Below, one piece after another: positions 56,194 to 64,000 of a stretch of 64,000 nt of DNA. Numbering within the stretch: the stretch's first letter is position 1; every line of letters starts with the position of its first letter. The stretch lies in the NCBI GenBank assembly GCA_050183995.1, contig JBFXAT010000017.1, positions 3,167-67,166 of the forward strand, given 5' to 3'. Position numbers and translations under genes: made by a program. Origin of the DNA: Vicinamibacterales bacterium (GTDB lineage: Bacteria; Acidobacteriota; Vicinamibacteria; Vicinamibacterales; CAVVIG01). The notes beneath the pieces are model-generated. The model was given only the letters and a program-made list of their open reading frames with translations, did no database searches and was not told the origin of the DNA.

Positions 56194-56826
56194 TCAGACC
56201 GCGTCGCGCTGCTCCAGCGCCACGCGAACGAGCTGGCTGCGCGTGCGAACGCCGGTTTTGGCGAACAGCTGCTGCAGCGACGCCTTGACGGCGCTCTCCG
56301 ACACGCGGAGCTCGGCGCCGATCTCCTTGTTGGTGAACCCCTCGAGCAGCAGGCGCATCACTTCGCGCTCGCGCTCCGTCAGGCGGGGGGTGGCCCGGTG
56401 ATGGGCGGCCGACTCGATGAGGTTCTGCAGATACCGCTGTTCGATGAAGACCTTCCCGCCGGCCACCTCGAGGATGCTCCGCTGCAGTTCGTCCGGGGAG
56501 TGCTGCTTGTGCACGATCCCGGAGATGCCGAGCCGCACGAGCTCGAGCGCGTCGTGGTTCGGTAGACCGGCGGTGACCATCAGGATCCGTCCCTCGAAGC
56601 CGCGCTCGCGAAGGCTCTTCACCAGCGACACGGCGTTCTCCTCGCCGAGGTCGTAATCGAGGATCAGCACGTCGACCCCTTTCGGTGGCAGACGGTCCAG
56701 CGCCTGTTCGACAGACTCGGCGGCGCCGACGACTTCGAGGGCGGGATCGTTCTCGAGGAGCCGCAGCAGCCCTTCGCGGAAGAGCGCGTGGTCGTCGACG
56801 ATGTAGAGGGAGATGCGCCGCGTCAT
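56194..56826 (-). CDS. LuxR/NarL-family response regulator
   Basis: Start at ATG 56826 (MTRRISLYIVDDH). REC domain (DVLILDYDL) and LuxR HTH LTEREREVMRLLLEGFTNKEIGAELRVSESAVKASL. Confidence 0.9.
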   Translation of the reverse strand: MTRRISLYIVDDHALFREGLLRLLENDPALEVVGAAESVEQALDRLPPKGVDVLILDYDLGEENAVSLVKSLRERGFEGRILMVTAGLPNHDALELVRLGISGIVHKQHSPDELQRSILEVAGGKVFIEQRYLQNLIESAAHHRATPRLTEREREVMRLLLEGFTNKEIGAELRVSESAVKASLQQLFAKTGVRTRSQLVRVALEQRDAV

Positions 56827-58304
56827 GCCGCGGCCGATCGCGGAGGCTCGCAGGGCAGGACCACATCGAAGCGGCACCCGCTCTCCACCGGCACGAAGCG
56901 GAGGTCGCCTCCGAACGTGCGAACGAGGGTACGGGAGATGTACAGCCCGAGCCCTGAGCCGTCGGCGTTCTCACGAAACGGCTGGAAGAGCAGCGACGTG
57001 TCGCGGACGCCCGGGCCCGTGTCCGAGACGCTGACGATGACCGTATCGCGATCCAGGCGCGCGCAGACTTCGAGCGCGCGTGGTCCTGGCGAGGCCTGCA
57101 CGGCCCTGAGCGAGTTCTGTGTGAGGTTCAGGAAGACCTGGAGGAGCGCGTGCGCATCGGCCGGCACGCGCAGCGTGGCGTCCTCGAGCTGCCAGGTGAT
57201 GGCGCCGTTGATGTCGACCCAGTCCGGTTCGATCACGACGCGCAGCTGATCGAAGACCTGGTGGAGATCGGTCGGCTTGACGTGGACCTCCATGCCGGCC
57301 TCCAGCTCGAAGGACGCGATTCGCGCGAGGCCGTCGACCAGGCTGCTCAGGGCGCGGAAGTCGACGTCGTCGGCGACCTGAAGACGCCGACTCAGATTCG
57401 CCGTCACGACGCGGATAGCCGAACACATGTTGCGGATTTCGTGCGCCACGGCGCCGGCCAACAGGCGGTTGTAGTCGAGGAAGTGACGGAAGGCCTCGCG
57501 CTCGCGGTCGCGAACCTCCTCGGAGGTGTCGACGAGGATCCCGGCCAGACAGCGCGATGATCCCTCGCCGTAGGTGGAGAACCAGACCGTGATGGGGAAG
57601 ATCTGCCCATTTGCGCGGCGCGCCCAGCTGTTCGCGGAGGTTCGCATGGGCCGTCCCCCCGGGCTCTTGCGGAGGGCGCTCGAGAAGATCGGCACGTGCT
57701 CCGCGAGACTTTGCCCGTGGAGATCGTCGGGGTCCTGGTAGCCGAGGACCCGGGCCGCGGCCGCATTGGCGCCGATCACCTGAGACCGATCGTTCAGCGT
57801 CACGATGGCGGCAGGACTGGAATCGGCGAGGAGCCGCAGACGGTCCTCCGCCCGATATCGCATCGTCTTTTCCAGCTGGAGGCTGTGGAACGCATCGAGC
57901 GCCTGGCGGCGGCGCTGGCTGAGCTCGACGACGAAGAGACCGACGCCGGCGTAGGCGAGCGTCGCCATGGCGAAGCGGAGCCAGAACTCGATCGGCGAAA
58001 AGCCGACGGTGAACTGCCCGCGGATCAGTGCGAAGAGGCAGGCCGCCACGATGATCTCCGCACGGGAGAGGACCGTTCCGGCGAGCACGATCGGGAAGAC
58101 ATAGAAGATGCCGAGGGAGTACTTCAGCTGGGAATACCACTCGAGCGTGACCACGGCCGCGAGGAGGGCCGCCGCTGGCACGAGCGATCGGATGCGCGCC
58201 AGGGCCCCGGCGGCGAGGGCGGGGACGTCCGGCGCCGGGGCGGGGATCACAAGCGACGCGGTCGATTTCGCCGTTTCCCGAAAGCTCGATCCGACCAGTG
58301 GCAT
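56823..58304 (-). CDS. membrane sensor histidine kinase with a PAS domain
   Basis: Part of ORF 56823..58523, with start at ATG 58304 (MPLVGSSF...). 4-5 N-terminal TM helices and a PAS domain. H-box AHEIRNMCSAI, then DTGPGV and GSGLGL. Its stop overlaps the regulator start. Confidence 0.88.
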   Translation of the reverse strand: MPLVGSSFRETAKSTASLVIPAPAPDVPALAAGALARIRSLVPAAALLAAVVTLEWYSQLKYSLGIFYVFPIVLAGTVLSRAEIIVAACLFALIRGQFTVGFSPIEFWLRFAMATLAYAGVGLFVVELSQRRRQALDAFHSLQLEKTMRYRAEDRLRLLADSSPAAIVTLNDRSQVIGANAAAARVLGYQDPDDLHGQSLAEHVPIFSSALRKSPGGRPMRTSANSWARRANGQIFPITVWFSTYGEGSSRCLAGILVDTSEEVRDREREAFRHFLDYNRLLAGAVAHEIRNMCSAIRVVTANLSRRLQVADDVDFRALSSLVDGLARIASFELEAGMEVHVKPTDLHQVFDQLRVVIEPDWVDINGAITWQLEDATLRVPADAHALLQVFLNLTQNSLRAVQASPGPRALEVCARLDRDTVIVSVSDTGPGVRDTSLLFQPFRENADGSGLGLYISRTLVRTFGGDLRFVPVESGCRFDVVLPCEPPRSAAA

Positions 58305-58521
58305 AAAGAACACGTAAATCTTCGCATGAGACTTTCGGTTTCGACAAGGGCTCGATTGGATAGCCAGACGATAGCCGCGCAATCCATGCGGCGACCATGC
58401 GGCTCGGTCTGGAGGACCACGCGGACCTCCGGCCGCGGTCCGACGGCGCACCGTCTCGACGGTCGAAAGAGTCCCGAGCGATAGCTGCGGCCGGCGCCGG
58501 CCGCGCGGTAGGGTGGGATCC

Positions 58522-59424
58522 ATGATCGTCCGCGATCACTTGCCACTGCGTCGTGTCTGGCCGCGCGTGTCGAAGCGGCTCGGCGCGCTGTTCCTGTTCG
58601 ACCTAACCGTCGCCGTGTTGTACGCGAAGGGAGGTCTTACGTTCCTGGCGTTGCCGCATCTGCCGCTGGGCATGATGGGGGCGGCGCTGAGCATCTTTCT
58701 GGCCTTCCGGAACAACTCCGCGTACGACCGCTGGTGGGAGGCCCGGAAGCTGTGGGGCGCACTCGTGAACGACGCGCGCACCTTTGCGCGTGAAGCGCTG
58801 ACCCTCGTCGATCACGAGGAAGTCGACGGCGAGCTGCCCCGTCACGATCTGGTGCATTGGCAGATCGCTTACGTTCACGCGCTGCGGTGTCATCTCCGTC
58901 GCCAGAACGCGTATCCGGAAATCGCCGGACGGCTCGAGCCCGGTGTCGTGGCCTGGCTGCGGCAGCAGCACAATCTCCCGGCGGCGATGCTGCTGCACGC
59001 GGGACGGATGCTCAGGACGCTGTTCGACTCCGGCCGCATCGACGCCTACCGCTTCGTGCAGATGGACTCGACCTTGTCGCGGTTGTGCGACATCCAGGGC
59101 GCCTGCGAGCGCATCAAGAACACGCCGCTGCCGCGGCAGTACGAATATTTCCCTCGGGTGATGGTCGGGGCGTATTGCCTGATGCTCCCGTTCGGTTTCG
59201 TCGAGGGGCTCGGACTGCTCACCCCGCTCGCATCGACGCTCGTGAGCTTCATCTTCGTCGTGCTCGACTCCATCGGCCGCGACGTCGAGGCGCCGTTCGA
59301 GAACACGGTGCACGACACGCCGATGGGGCAGCTCTCACGAACGATCGAGATCAACCTCCGCGACATGATGGGCGAGTCCCGCGTTCCCCGCGAGGTCGCG
59401 CCAATTGACGGGTTCGTCTACTGA
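58522..59424 (+). CDS. bestrophin-family (YneE/UPF0187-like) anion channel
   Basis: LGMMGAALSIFLAFRNNSAYDRWWEARKLWGALVNDARTF and IKNTPLPRQYEYF are typical of bacterial bestrophin homologues. Confidence 0.8.
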   Translation: MIVRDHLPLRRVWPRVSKRLGALFLFDLTVAVLYAKGGLTFLALPHLPLGMMGAALSIFLAFRNNSAYDRWWEARKLWGALVNDARTFAREALTLVDHEEVDGELPRHDLVHWQIAYVHALRCHLRRQNAYPEIAGRLEPGVVAWLRQQHNLPAAMLLHAGRMLRTLFDSGRIDAYRFVQMDSTLSRLCDIQGACERIKNTPLPRQYEYFPRVMVGAYCLMLPFGFVEGLGLLTPLASTLVSFIFVVLDSIGRDVEAPFENTVHDTPMGQLSRTIEINLRDMMGESRVPREVAPIDGFVY

Positions 59425-59439
59425 GGAGACAGGGAAGCC

Positions 59440-60444
59440 ATGGTTCATGCAACGCGCCCCTTCGACGTTCTGTTCCTGACCAACTTCTCGGACTCCTGCT
59501 TTCGCGCGATCCCCGCGCTCGCGCAGATGTGCGACGAGTTCGACCTGCGTCTGACGTTCCTCCACACGTATCGGGAGTCGCGGAACGGCATGGGCGATCT
59601 GGAATCCAATCTCCGGTCGTTCTTCCCAGAGGCCGACGCGTACGGCGGCTGCCGGCGGGTGCTCCTCCCCGGCACTCCACTCGACGGCGTCCGCCAGATT
59701 CGCAGCGAAGCGACGGTCGATCTCGTCGTCGCTCCAGCCGGCGATCCGCTGGGGCTGCCGCGTGTCGGCCATCGATCGCTCCGATCGCAGCTGATGAGCA
59801 GCGACGGCACCCCCATGTGGACGATTGCGACGGGCACGTTGACGCGGCGGCTGCTGCGTCCCGCGCGTACGGTCGCGTGCTGCCTCGAGGTCGGACGATC
59901 GGGACGCGGGCACCTGAAGCTCGCGTGCCAGTACGCTCGAGCGCTCAGGGCGTCGCTGCACGTGATCCAGATCCTGCCGGACATTCACGAGGGCAACCTC
60001 CTGCTGCTCGCGACCGCCGACCCGTTCGATGCCGACTGCGCGGCCGCCGAGGTGTACCGCGTCGCCGGCGGCGATGCGCCGGAGCCGGGCGTACACGTCA
60101 CGGACAGGCCCGGGCTCGCTGATCTGCTCACGCGTTGCGAGGTGGACGTCGTGTTCCTCGACGCAGCATGTTGGATGCATCGATCCTGGCTCGCGCCGCG
60201 AATGAACCGGCTGGCCGAAGGGCTGCCGTGCCCGGCTGTCTACGTGAACGCCGATCGTGAAGACGTGAAGTGGCAGTTGACGCGGAACCCGTCGCGCCAC
60301 GTGGCAGGCGAGGCGGCGCTCCTGCCGCCGCTGCAGCGCGCGCCGGTGCGGGTGCGTTCGGCGGGAGGGCAGCGGATCAGCGCAGTCGTGCCGGAGTGGC
60401 AGGGCCGCGCTGACGATGCGCCGAGACCTGGCGTCCAGGGATAG
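59440..60444 (+). CDS. hypothetical protein, weakly tandem USP-like (adenine-nucleotide alpha-hydrolase-like) fold
   Basis: Two repeats of a beta-alpha pattern (FDVLFLTNFSDSC...DLVVAPAG and VACCLEVGRSG...VDVVFLDAA). No clear ATP-binding G-2x-G-9x-G(S/T) motif. Confidence 0.4.
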   Translation: MVHATRPFDVLFLTNFSDSCFRAIPALAQMCDEFDLRLTFLHTYRESRNGMGDLESNLRSFFPEADAYGGCRRVLLPGTPLDGVRQIRSEATVDLVVAPAGDPLGLPRVGHRSLRSQLMSSDGTPMWTIATGTLTRRLLRPARTVACCLEVGRSGRGHLKLACQYARALRASLHVIQILPDIHEGNLLLLATADPFDADCAAAEVYRVAGGDAPEPGVHVTDRPGLADLLTRCEVDVVFLDAACWMHRSWLAPRMNRLAEGLPCPAVYVNADREDVKWQLTRNPSRHVAGEAALLPPLQRAPVRVRSAGGQRISAVVPEWQGRADDAPRPGVQG

Positions 60445-60463
60445 ACGCGTCCCGCCCTTGGTC

Positions 60464-60499
60464 GCGCGTCGGATTGCGCGTCGGATTGCGCGTCGGATC
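60464..60499. repeat. 12-bp tandem repeat GCGCGTCGGATT x3 (last copy ends in C)
   Basis: Read directly, in the 73-nt convergent spacer between the USP-like gene and the SulP gene. Confidence 0.9.
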
Positions 60500-60517
60500 G
60501 ATGGGCCGGACTGCGCG

Positions 60518-62239
60518 TCAGATCGCCGCGGTCGCCAGATCGCGAGCGGTCTCGTCGCCGAGGCCGGAGAACTGCGCCGCGACATCGCGTGCGCGCGCCA
60601 GCGCGTCCTCGATGTTGGGAACGAGGTTGTTCGCGCCCACGTGCCGGGCGAGATCCGCCTGCGCGAAGATCCGCGCCGGCTGTTCACGCGCGCCGCAGAG
60701 AATCAGCGTCCGACCCGAGTGGCGGAGCCGATCGGCGAGCCGCTCGATCGCATGGAGCCCCGACGCGTCGATGACCGTCATGTGCCGAAGCCGCAGGATC
60801 ACGATCGGCGGCAGCGCCGACACATGTGCGGTCACCTCGTCCAGCTTGTCCGTGGTCCCGAACAGGAATGGCCCGTGGATGCGCAGGATCGAGACGTAGG
60901 GCGGCACCTGCCGGTCCTGCAGGACGTGCACGCGTCCTGCCTCGATGTCGTCGGCGTTCAGCTGCGACACCGCCGTGGTGCCGCTGACCCGGCGGATGTA
61001 GAGCAGCGCAGCCAAGGCGACCCCGACCTCGACCGCTATCGTCAAGTCCGCCATGACGGTCAGCGCGAAGGTGAAGAGCCACACGGATCGATCGGCCCAC
61101 TCGAGACGCCAGATGCTGCCGATCTCGCGCCATTCGCCCATGTTGTACGCGACGACGAACAGGACGGCGGCGAGCGTCGCAAGCGGGACGTAGGCGGCGA
61201 GCGGAGCCAGGAGGAGCACCACCGCGAGCAGTGTCAGCGCATGGATCAGGCCGGCAACCGGCGTGCGCGCGCCCGACCTGAAGTTGGTCGCCGTTCGCGC
61301 GATCGCCCCTGTGACCGGTATCCCACCGACGAGCGGCGAGAAGAGATTCGCGACCCCTTGCGCCATGAGCTCGGCTCGCGAGTCGTGGCGATCCCCCGAC
61401 AGCGAGTCGGCGACCACGGCTGACAGCAGACTCTCCACGGCAGCCAGTAGTGCCACGGTGAAGGCGGACGGAAGCAGCGGGACGATCAAATCGGCACGGA
61501 ACGCCGGTATGTGCAGGGGTGGCAGCTCACGCGGGATCCCGCCGAACCGTGAGCCGATGGTCTCGACGGGCAGATCGAACGCAAACACGGCGGCCGTTCC
61601 GGCAGCCAGCGCCAGAATCGAACCTGGCACGCGCGGCAGGCGGCGCGGTGCGAAGAGGACGAGCAGGAGCGACCCGACACCGAGGAGCACCGCGGGAACG
61701 CTCAGCTGCGAGGCCGCTGCGGCGATCGCCGTCATGCGCGGCAGGAAAGCGGAGGGCGGCTCCGCAATCGGAAGGCCGAGGAAGTCCTTGATCTGCGTCG
61801 ACGCGATGAGCAGCGCGATGCCGTTGGTAAACCCGATCACGACCGGTCGCGGGAGGAACTTCACCGCCTGCCCCAGTCCGGTCAGCGCAAGCGCGATCAA
61901 GATCACACCCGCCATCATCGTCACCATCAGCAGGCCGGACAGACCGTGCGCGGCAACGATCCCCGAAACGATGACGACGAAGGCGCCGGTTGGGCCGCCG
62001 ATCTGGAGACGGGATCCTCCCAGCAGCGAGACGATGAACCCGCCGACGACCGCGGTGTAAATGCCCGCCTGCGGAGCGACACCCGACGCGATGCCGAATG
62101 CCATCGCGAGCGGGAGCGCGACGACGCCCACGGTGATTCCCGCGATGAGATCGGCCGCGAGCGCGCGGCGGTCGTACGCCTGCAGCGCGTCGAGCAGTTT
62201 CGGCGTCCAGAGCGGCCAGGGCAGACGAAGCGGTTTCAT
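60518..62239 (-). CDS. SulP-family anion permease with a C-terminal STAS domain
   Basis: DLIAGITVGVVALPLAMAFGIASGV, GGPTGAFVVIV, and a C-terminal STAS (ILRIHGPFLFGTTDKL...VILRLRHMTVIDASGL). Confidence 0.9.
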   Translation of the reverse strand: MKPLRLPWPLWTPKLLDALQAYDRRALAADLIAGITVGVVALPLAMAFGIASGVAPQAGIYTAVVGGFIVSLLGGSRLQIGGPTGAFVVIVSGIVAAHGLSGLLMVTMMAGVILIALALTGLGQAVKFLPRPVVIGFTNGIALLIASTQIKDFLGLPIAEPPSAFLPRMTAIAAAASQLSVPAVLLGVGSLLLVLFAPRRLPRVPGSILALAAGTAAVFAFDLPVETIGSRFGGIPRELPPLHIPAFRADLIVPLLPSAFTVALLAAVESLLSAVVADSLSGDRHDSRAELMAQGVANLFSPLVGGIPVTGAIARTATNFRSGARTPVAGLIHALTLLAVVLLLAPLAAYVPLATLAAVLFVVAYNMGEWREIGSIWRLEWADRSVWLFTFALTVMADLTIAVEVGVALAALLYIRRVSGTTAVSQLNADDIEAGRVHVLQDRQVPPYVSILRIHGPFLFGTTDKLDEVTAHVSALPPIVILRLRHMTVIDASGLHAIERLADRLRHSGRTLILCGAREQPARIFAQADLARHVGANNLVPNIEDALARARDVAAQFSGLGDETARDLATAAI

Positions 62240-62580
62240 CGCGGCGGAGCGTCGTCGTCGGCGTGCGCTTCGTCGAGGAGCGCGGCCGTTTCGGCGAGAT
62301 GTGCGGCGAAGTATTGGCGCAGGAGGTCCAGGACGTCGAGCAGGACCGGGTCCCGTACGGTGTAGTAGACCTGGTTTCCAACCTTGCGCGCCGCGACGAT
62401 CTGCTTGGAGCGCAGGATCGAGAGGTGTTGCGACACGTTGGCGGGTTGCAGGGTGAGGTGGGCGGCCAAGGCGCCGGCGGTCAACTCTCCGTCCCGCAGC
62501 GCGTCCACGACGGCGATGCGCGTTGGGTGGGCGAGAGCCTGGAAGATCTGGGCCTTGAAGGCTCTGAGAGGCGACTCCAC
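62236..62580 (-). CDS. ArsR/SmtB-family transcriptional regulator
   Basis: GTG start. FQALAHPTRIAVVDALRDGELTAGALAAHLTLQPANVSQHLSILR. Overlaps the SulP start by 4 nt. Confidence 0.88.
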   Translation of the reverse strand: MESPLRAFKAQIFQALAHPTRIAVVDALRDGELTAGALAAHLTLQPANVSQHLSILRSKQIVAARKVGNQVYYTVRDPVLLDVLDLLRQYFAAHLAETAALLDEAHADDDAPPR

Positions 62581-62585
62581 AACGT

Positions 62586-62613
62586 CAGTATATTCGAAAT
62601 ATCGAAAATACTG
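62586..62613 (-). promoter_or_regulatory. AT-rich 28-bp imperfect palindrome (24/28) immediately upstream of arsR: candidate ArsR operator overlapping its promoter
   Basis: CAGTATATTCGAAATATCGAAAATACTG. On the minus strand it reads TTCAGT-17 nt-TATACT, followed by 6 nt and then the GTG start. Confidence 0.55.
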
Positions 62614-62668
62614 AACATCGCGGAGGCACAGGTGACGTGCTTGGCGCGACCCGGTTCACCACTGTCTC

Positions 62669-63232
62669 TCAGCCCTGATCGCCCGAGATCACGCGCAGCG
62701 CGGCCCGCCACGGCCCAACCGACTTTGCGTACTGTCGCGCGAGCACGCGGGCGATCTGGACCACGTGATCCTGGTCGTGCACCATCCACGTCGCGAGCAG
62801 CTGTCGCAGCGTGACGCGACCCAACGACGGATGACGCCCCGCCCGGTCGAGGGCCGCCTCATCCAGATCGAGGCAGGCAAGGGCCCGCAGGTTCGACAGG
62901 CGCAGCTGCGAGAGCTCGTCGAGCAGCGGACCGAGGGAGGAAGCCGTGCGGCGGACAGGTGCCGGAAGCCGCTCGAACGGGGGGAACGGCGCCGACTCCC
63001 CGTGCGCGAGTATCCACTCAACGCGCGGGAAGAAGTTGCTCCGCTCGGCGTGCACGAGATGCCGGACCACCTCGAGGGGGCTCCATGTCTCGGCCCCTTC
63101 GTGTGCGAGCAGCCAGCCGCGCGGCAGATCGCGGAGCCACACATCGAGTAGACGCGGCGTTCGCTCGAGCAGTACGACTGCCTCGGCCACGTCGTAACAT
63201 CGGGCCGTGCGGTCATCCGGGCGCCCGGTCAC
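62669..63232 (-). CDS. DinB-family (DinB_2) metal-dependent protein
   Basis: Part of ORF 62669..63469, with start at GTG 63232. His triad context VVRHLVHAE and WMVHDQDHVVQI. Confidence 0.75.
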   Translation of the reverse strand: MTGRPDDRTARCYDVAEAVVLLERTPRLLDVWLRDLPRGWLLAHEGAETWSPLEVVRHLVHAERSNFFPRVEWILAHGESAPFPPFERLPAPVRRTASSLGPLLDELSQLRLSNLRALACLDLDEAALDRAGRHPSLGRVTLRQLLATWMVHDQDHVVQIARVLARQYAKSVGPWRAALRVISGDQG

Positions 63233-64000
63233 ACCGCCTCCTCCAGCCGTGTGCCTTCCGGCGCCGCCGCGTGGGCGATCGGCGTCCCGCTCGACCGAAC
63301 GAGCGCCGCATAGGCGCCTCGAATGCGGTCGGTCACGTCGCCGACCTCCGCCGATCCAATCGAGCGGTTGTCGATACTCACGACCGGCACGATCTCCGCG
63401 GCCGTCCCGCAGACGAAGACCTCGCGCGCGGTCCACACGTCGTAGAGCGTCATGCGCCGCTCGGCGCACGGAATACCCATCTCTCGCGCCAGCTCCACGA
63501 CCGCCTCGCGCGTGATCCCCCGCAGGGCGGAAGAGGCCGGCGGCGTCACGAGACCCTGGTCGTCGACGGCGAAGATGTTGTCGGCCGAGGCCTCCGCCAC
63601 ATACCCGTCGGCGTCGAGCAGGAGCGCCTCGTCGCAGCCGCGATCGTGCGCCTCCATCCGGGCGAGCACGTTGTTGACGTAGTTCAACGACTTCACGGCG
63701 GGACTCAGCGCGTCCACCGCGGGCCGCCGGAGCGACGACGTGCAGAGACGAATGCCGGTGCTGGCCGACTCATACAGGGCGACGCGGGGCCGGGCGATCA
63801 CGATGAGCGACGGGCGGTGGCAGCTGCGCGGACTGAGCCCGAGATCACCGACCCCGCGCGTCACGACAAGGCGGACATAGCCGTCGCGGATCGCGTTGCG
63901 CCGGCACGTCTCGAGGACTGCAGCGGAGATGTCCTCTCGTGAAAGCGGCAGCGACAGGCGCAGAGCGTGGGCCGAGGCGAACAGGCGGTCGATGTGCGCA
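63229..64000 (-). CDS. class IV aminotransferase (branched-chain amino acid aminotransferase-like), C-terminal part; 5' end outside the window
   Basis: VTRGVGDLG, EASADNIFAV, LRGITR, GTAAEIVPV. The frame stays open to position 64000. Confidence 0.8.
   Translation of the reverse strand, partial: AHIDRLFASAHALRLSLPLSREDISAAVLETCRRNAIRDGYVRLVVTRGVGDLGLSPRSCHRPSLIVIARPRVALYESASTGIRLCTSSLRRPAVDALSPAVKSLNYVNNVLARMEAHDRGCDEALLLDADGYVAEASADNIFAVDDQGLVTPPASSALRGITREAVVELAREMGIPCAERRMTLYDVWTAREVFVCGTAAEIVPVVSIDNRSIGSAEVGDVTDRIRGAYAALVRSSGTPIAHAAAPEGTRLEEAV

Noticed and set aside
60464-60499. CRISPR-like array
   Set aside because: The repeats are 12 bp, directly abutting with no spacers. Only three copies are present and there are no cas genes in the window.

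Overview
High-G+C bacterial chromosome segment from a diderm. The gene content looks Acidobacteriota/Gemmatimonadota-like, but that is only a guess. It holds about 50 densely packed protein-coding genes, many with 1-4 nt start/stop overlaps. I saw no rRNA, tRNA, CRISPR array, transposase or integrase.

Layout:
(i) 1-18363: an accessory-looking glycan-assembly locus with five polytopic GT-C-like membrane enzymes, five GT4 glycosyltransferases, one GtrB/DPM1-type GT2 and one coiled-coil methyltransferase, in alternating-strand transcription units.
(ii) 18484-23027: housekeeping recG-rsmD-coaD-rho.
(iii) An amidohydrolase/MFS divergent pair and a cytochrome c-fused PHM/DBH-like copper monooxygenase.
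(iv) A compact heat-shock operon hspR-cbpA-clpB-ftsH, with a near-consensus sigma-70 promoter overlapped by a HAIR-like inverted repeat.
(v) terC-PBP1A, treZ plus a GDE-type debranching enzyme, hslR, and a lactate permease.
(vi) An N-end-rule module: clpS-clpA divergent from aat, with aat coupled to an LLM oxidoreductase.
(vii) A secreted cupin plus a His-motif TPR-like protein.
(viii) A CHRD lipoprotein plus DUF5777-like barrel, divergent from an OMP-cupredoxin-histidine kinase-sigma-54 activator operon, followed by a LuxR-type two-component pair.
(ix) A bestrophin-like channel, a USP-like protein, an ArsR-controlled SulP/STAS permease, DinB, and a partial class IV aminotransferase.

Most long ORFs in the supplied track that run antisense to these genes are high-GC shadow ORFs. 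The best candidates for undescribed biology are the GT-C-rich glycan locus, the cytochrome c-copper monooxygenase fusion, and the cupredoxin-linked sigma-54 signalling cluster. All calls rest on reading the translations and DNA by eye; no database search was run.
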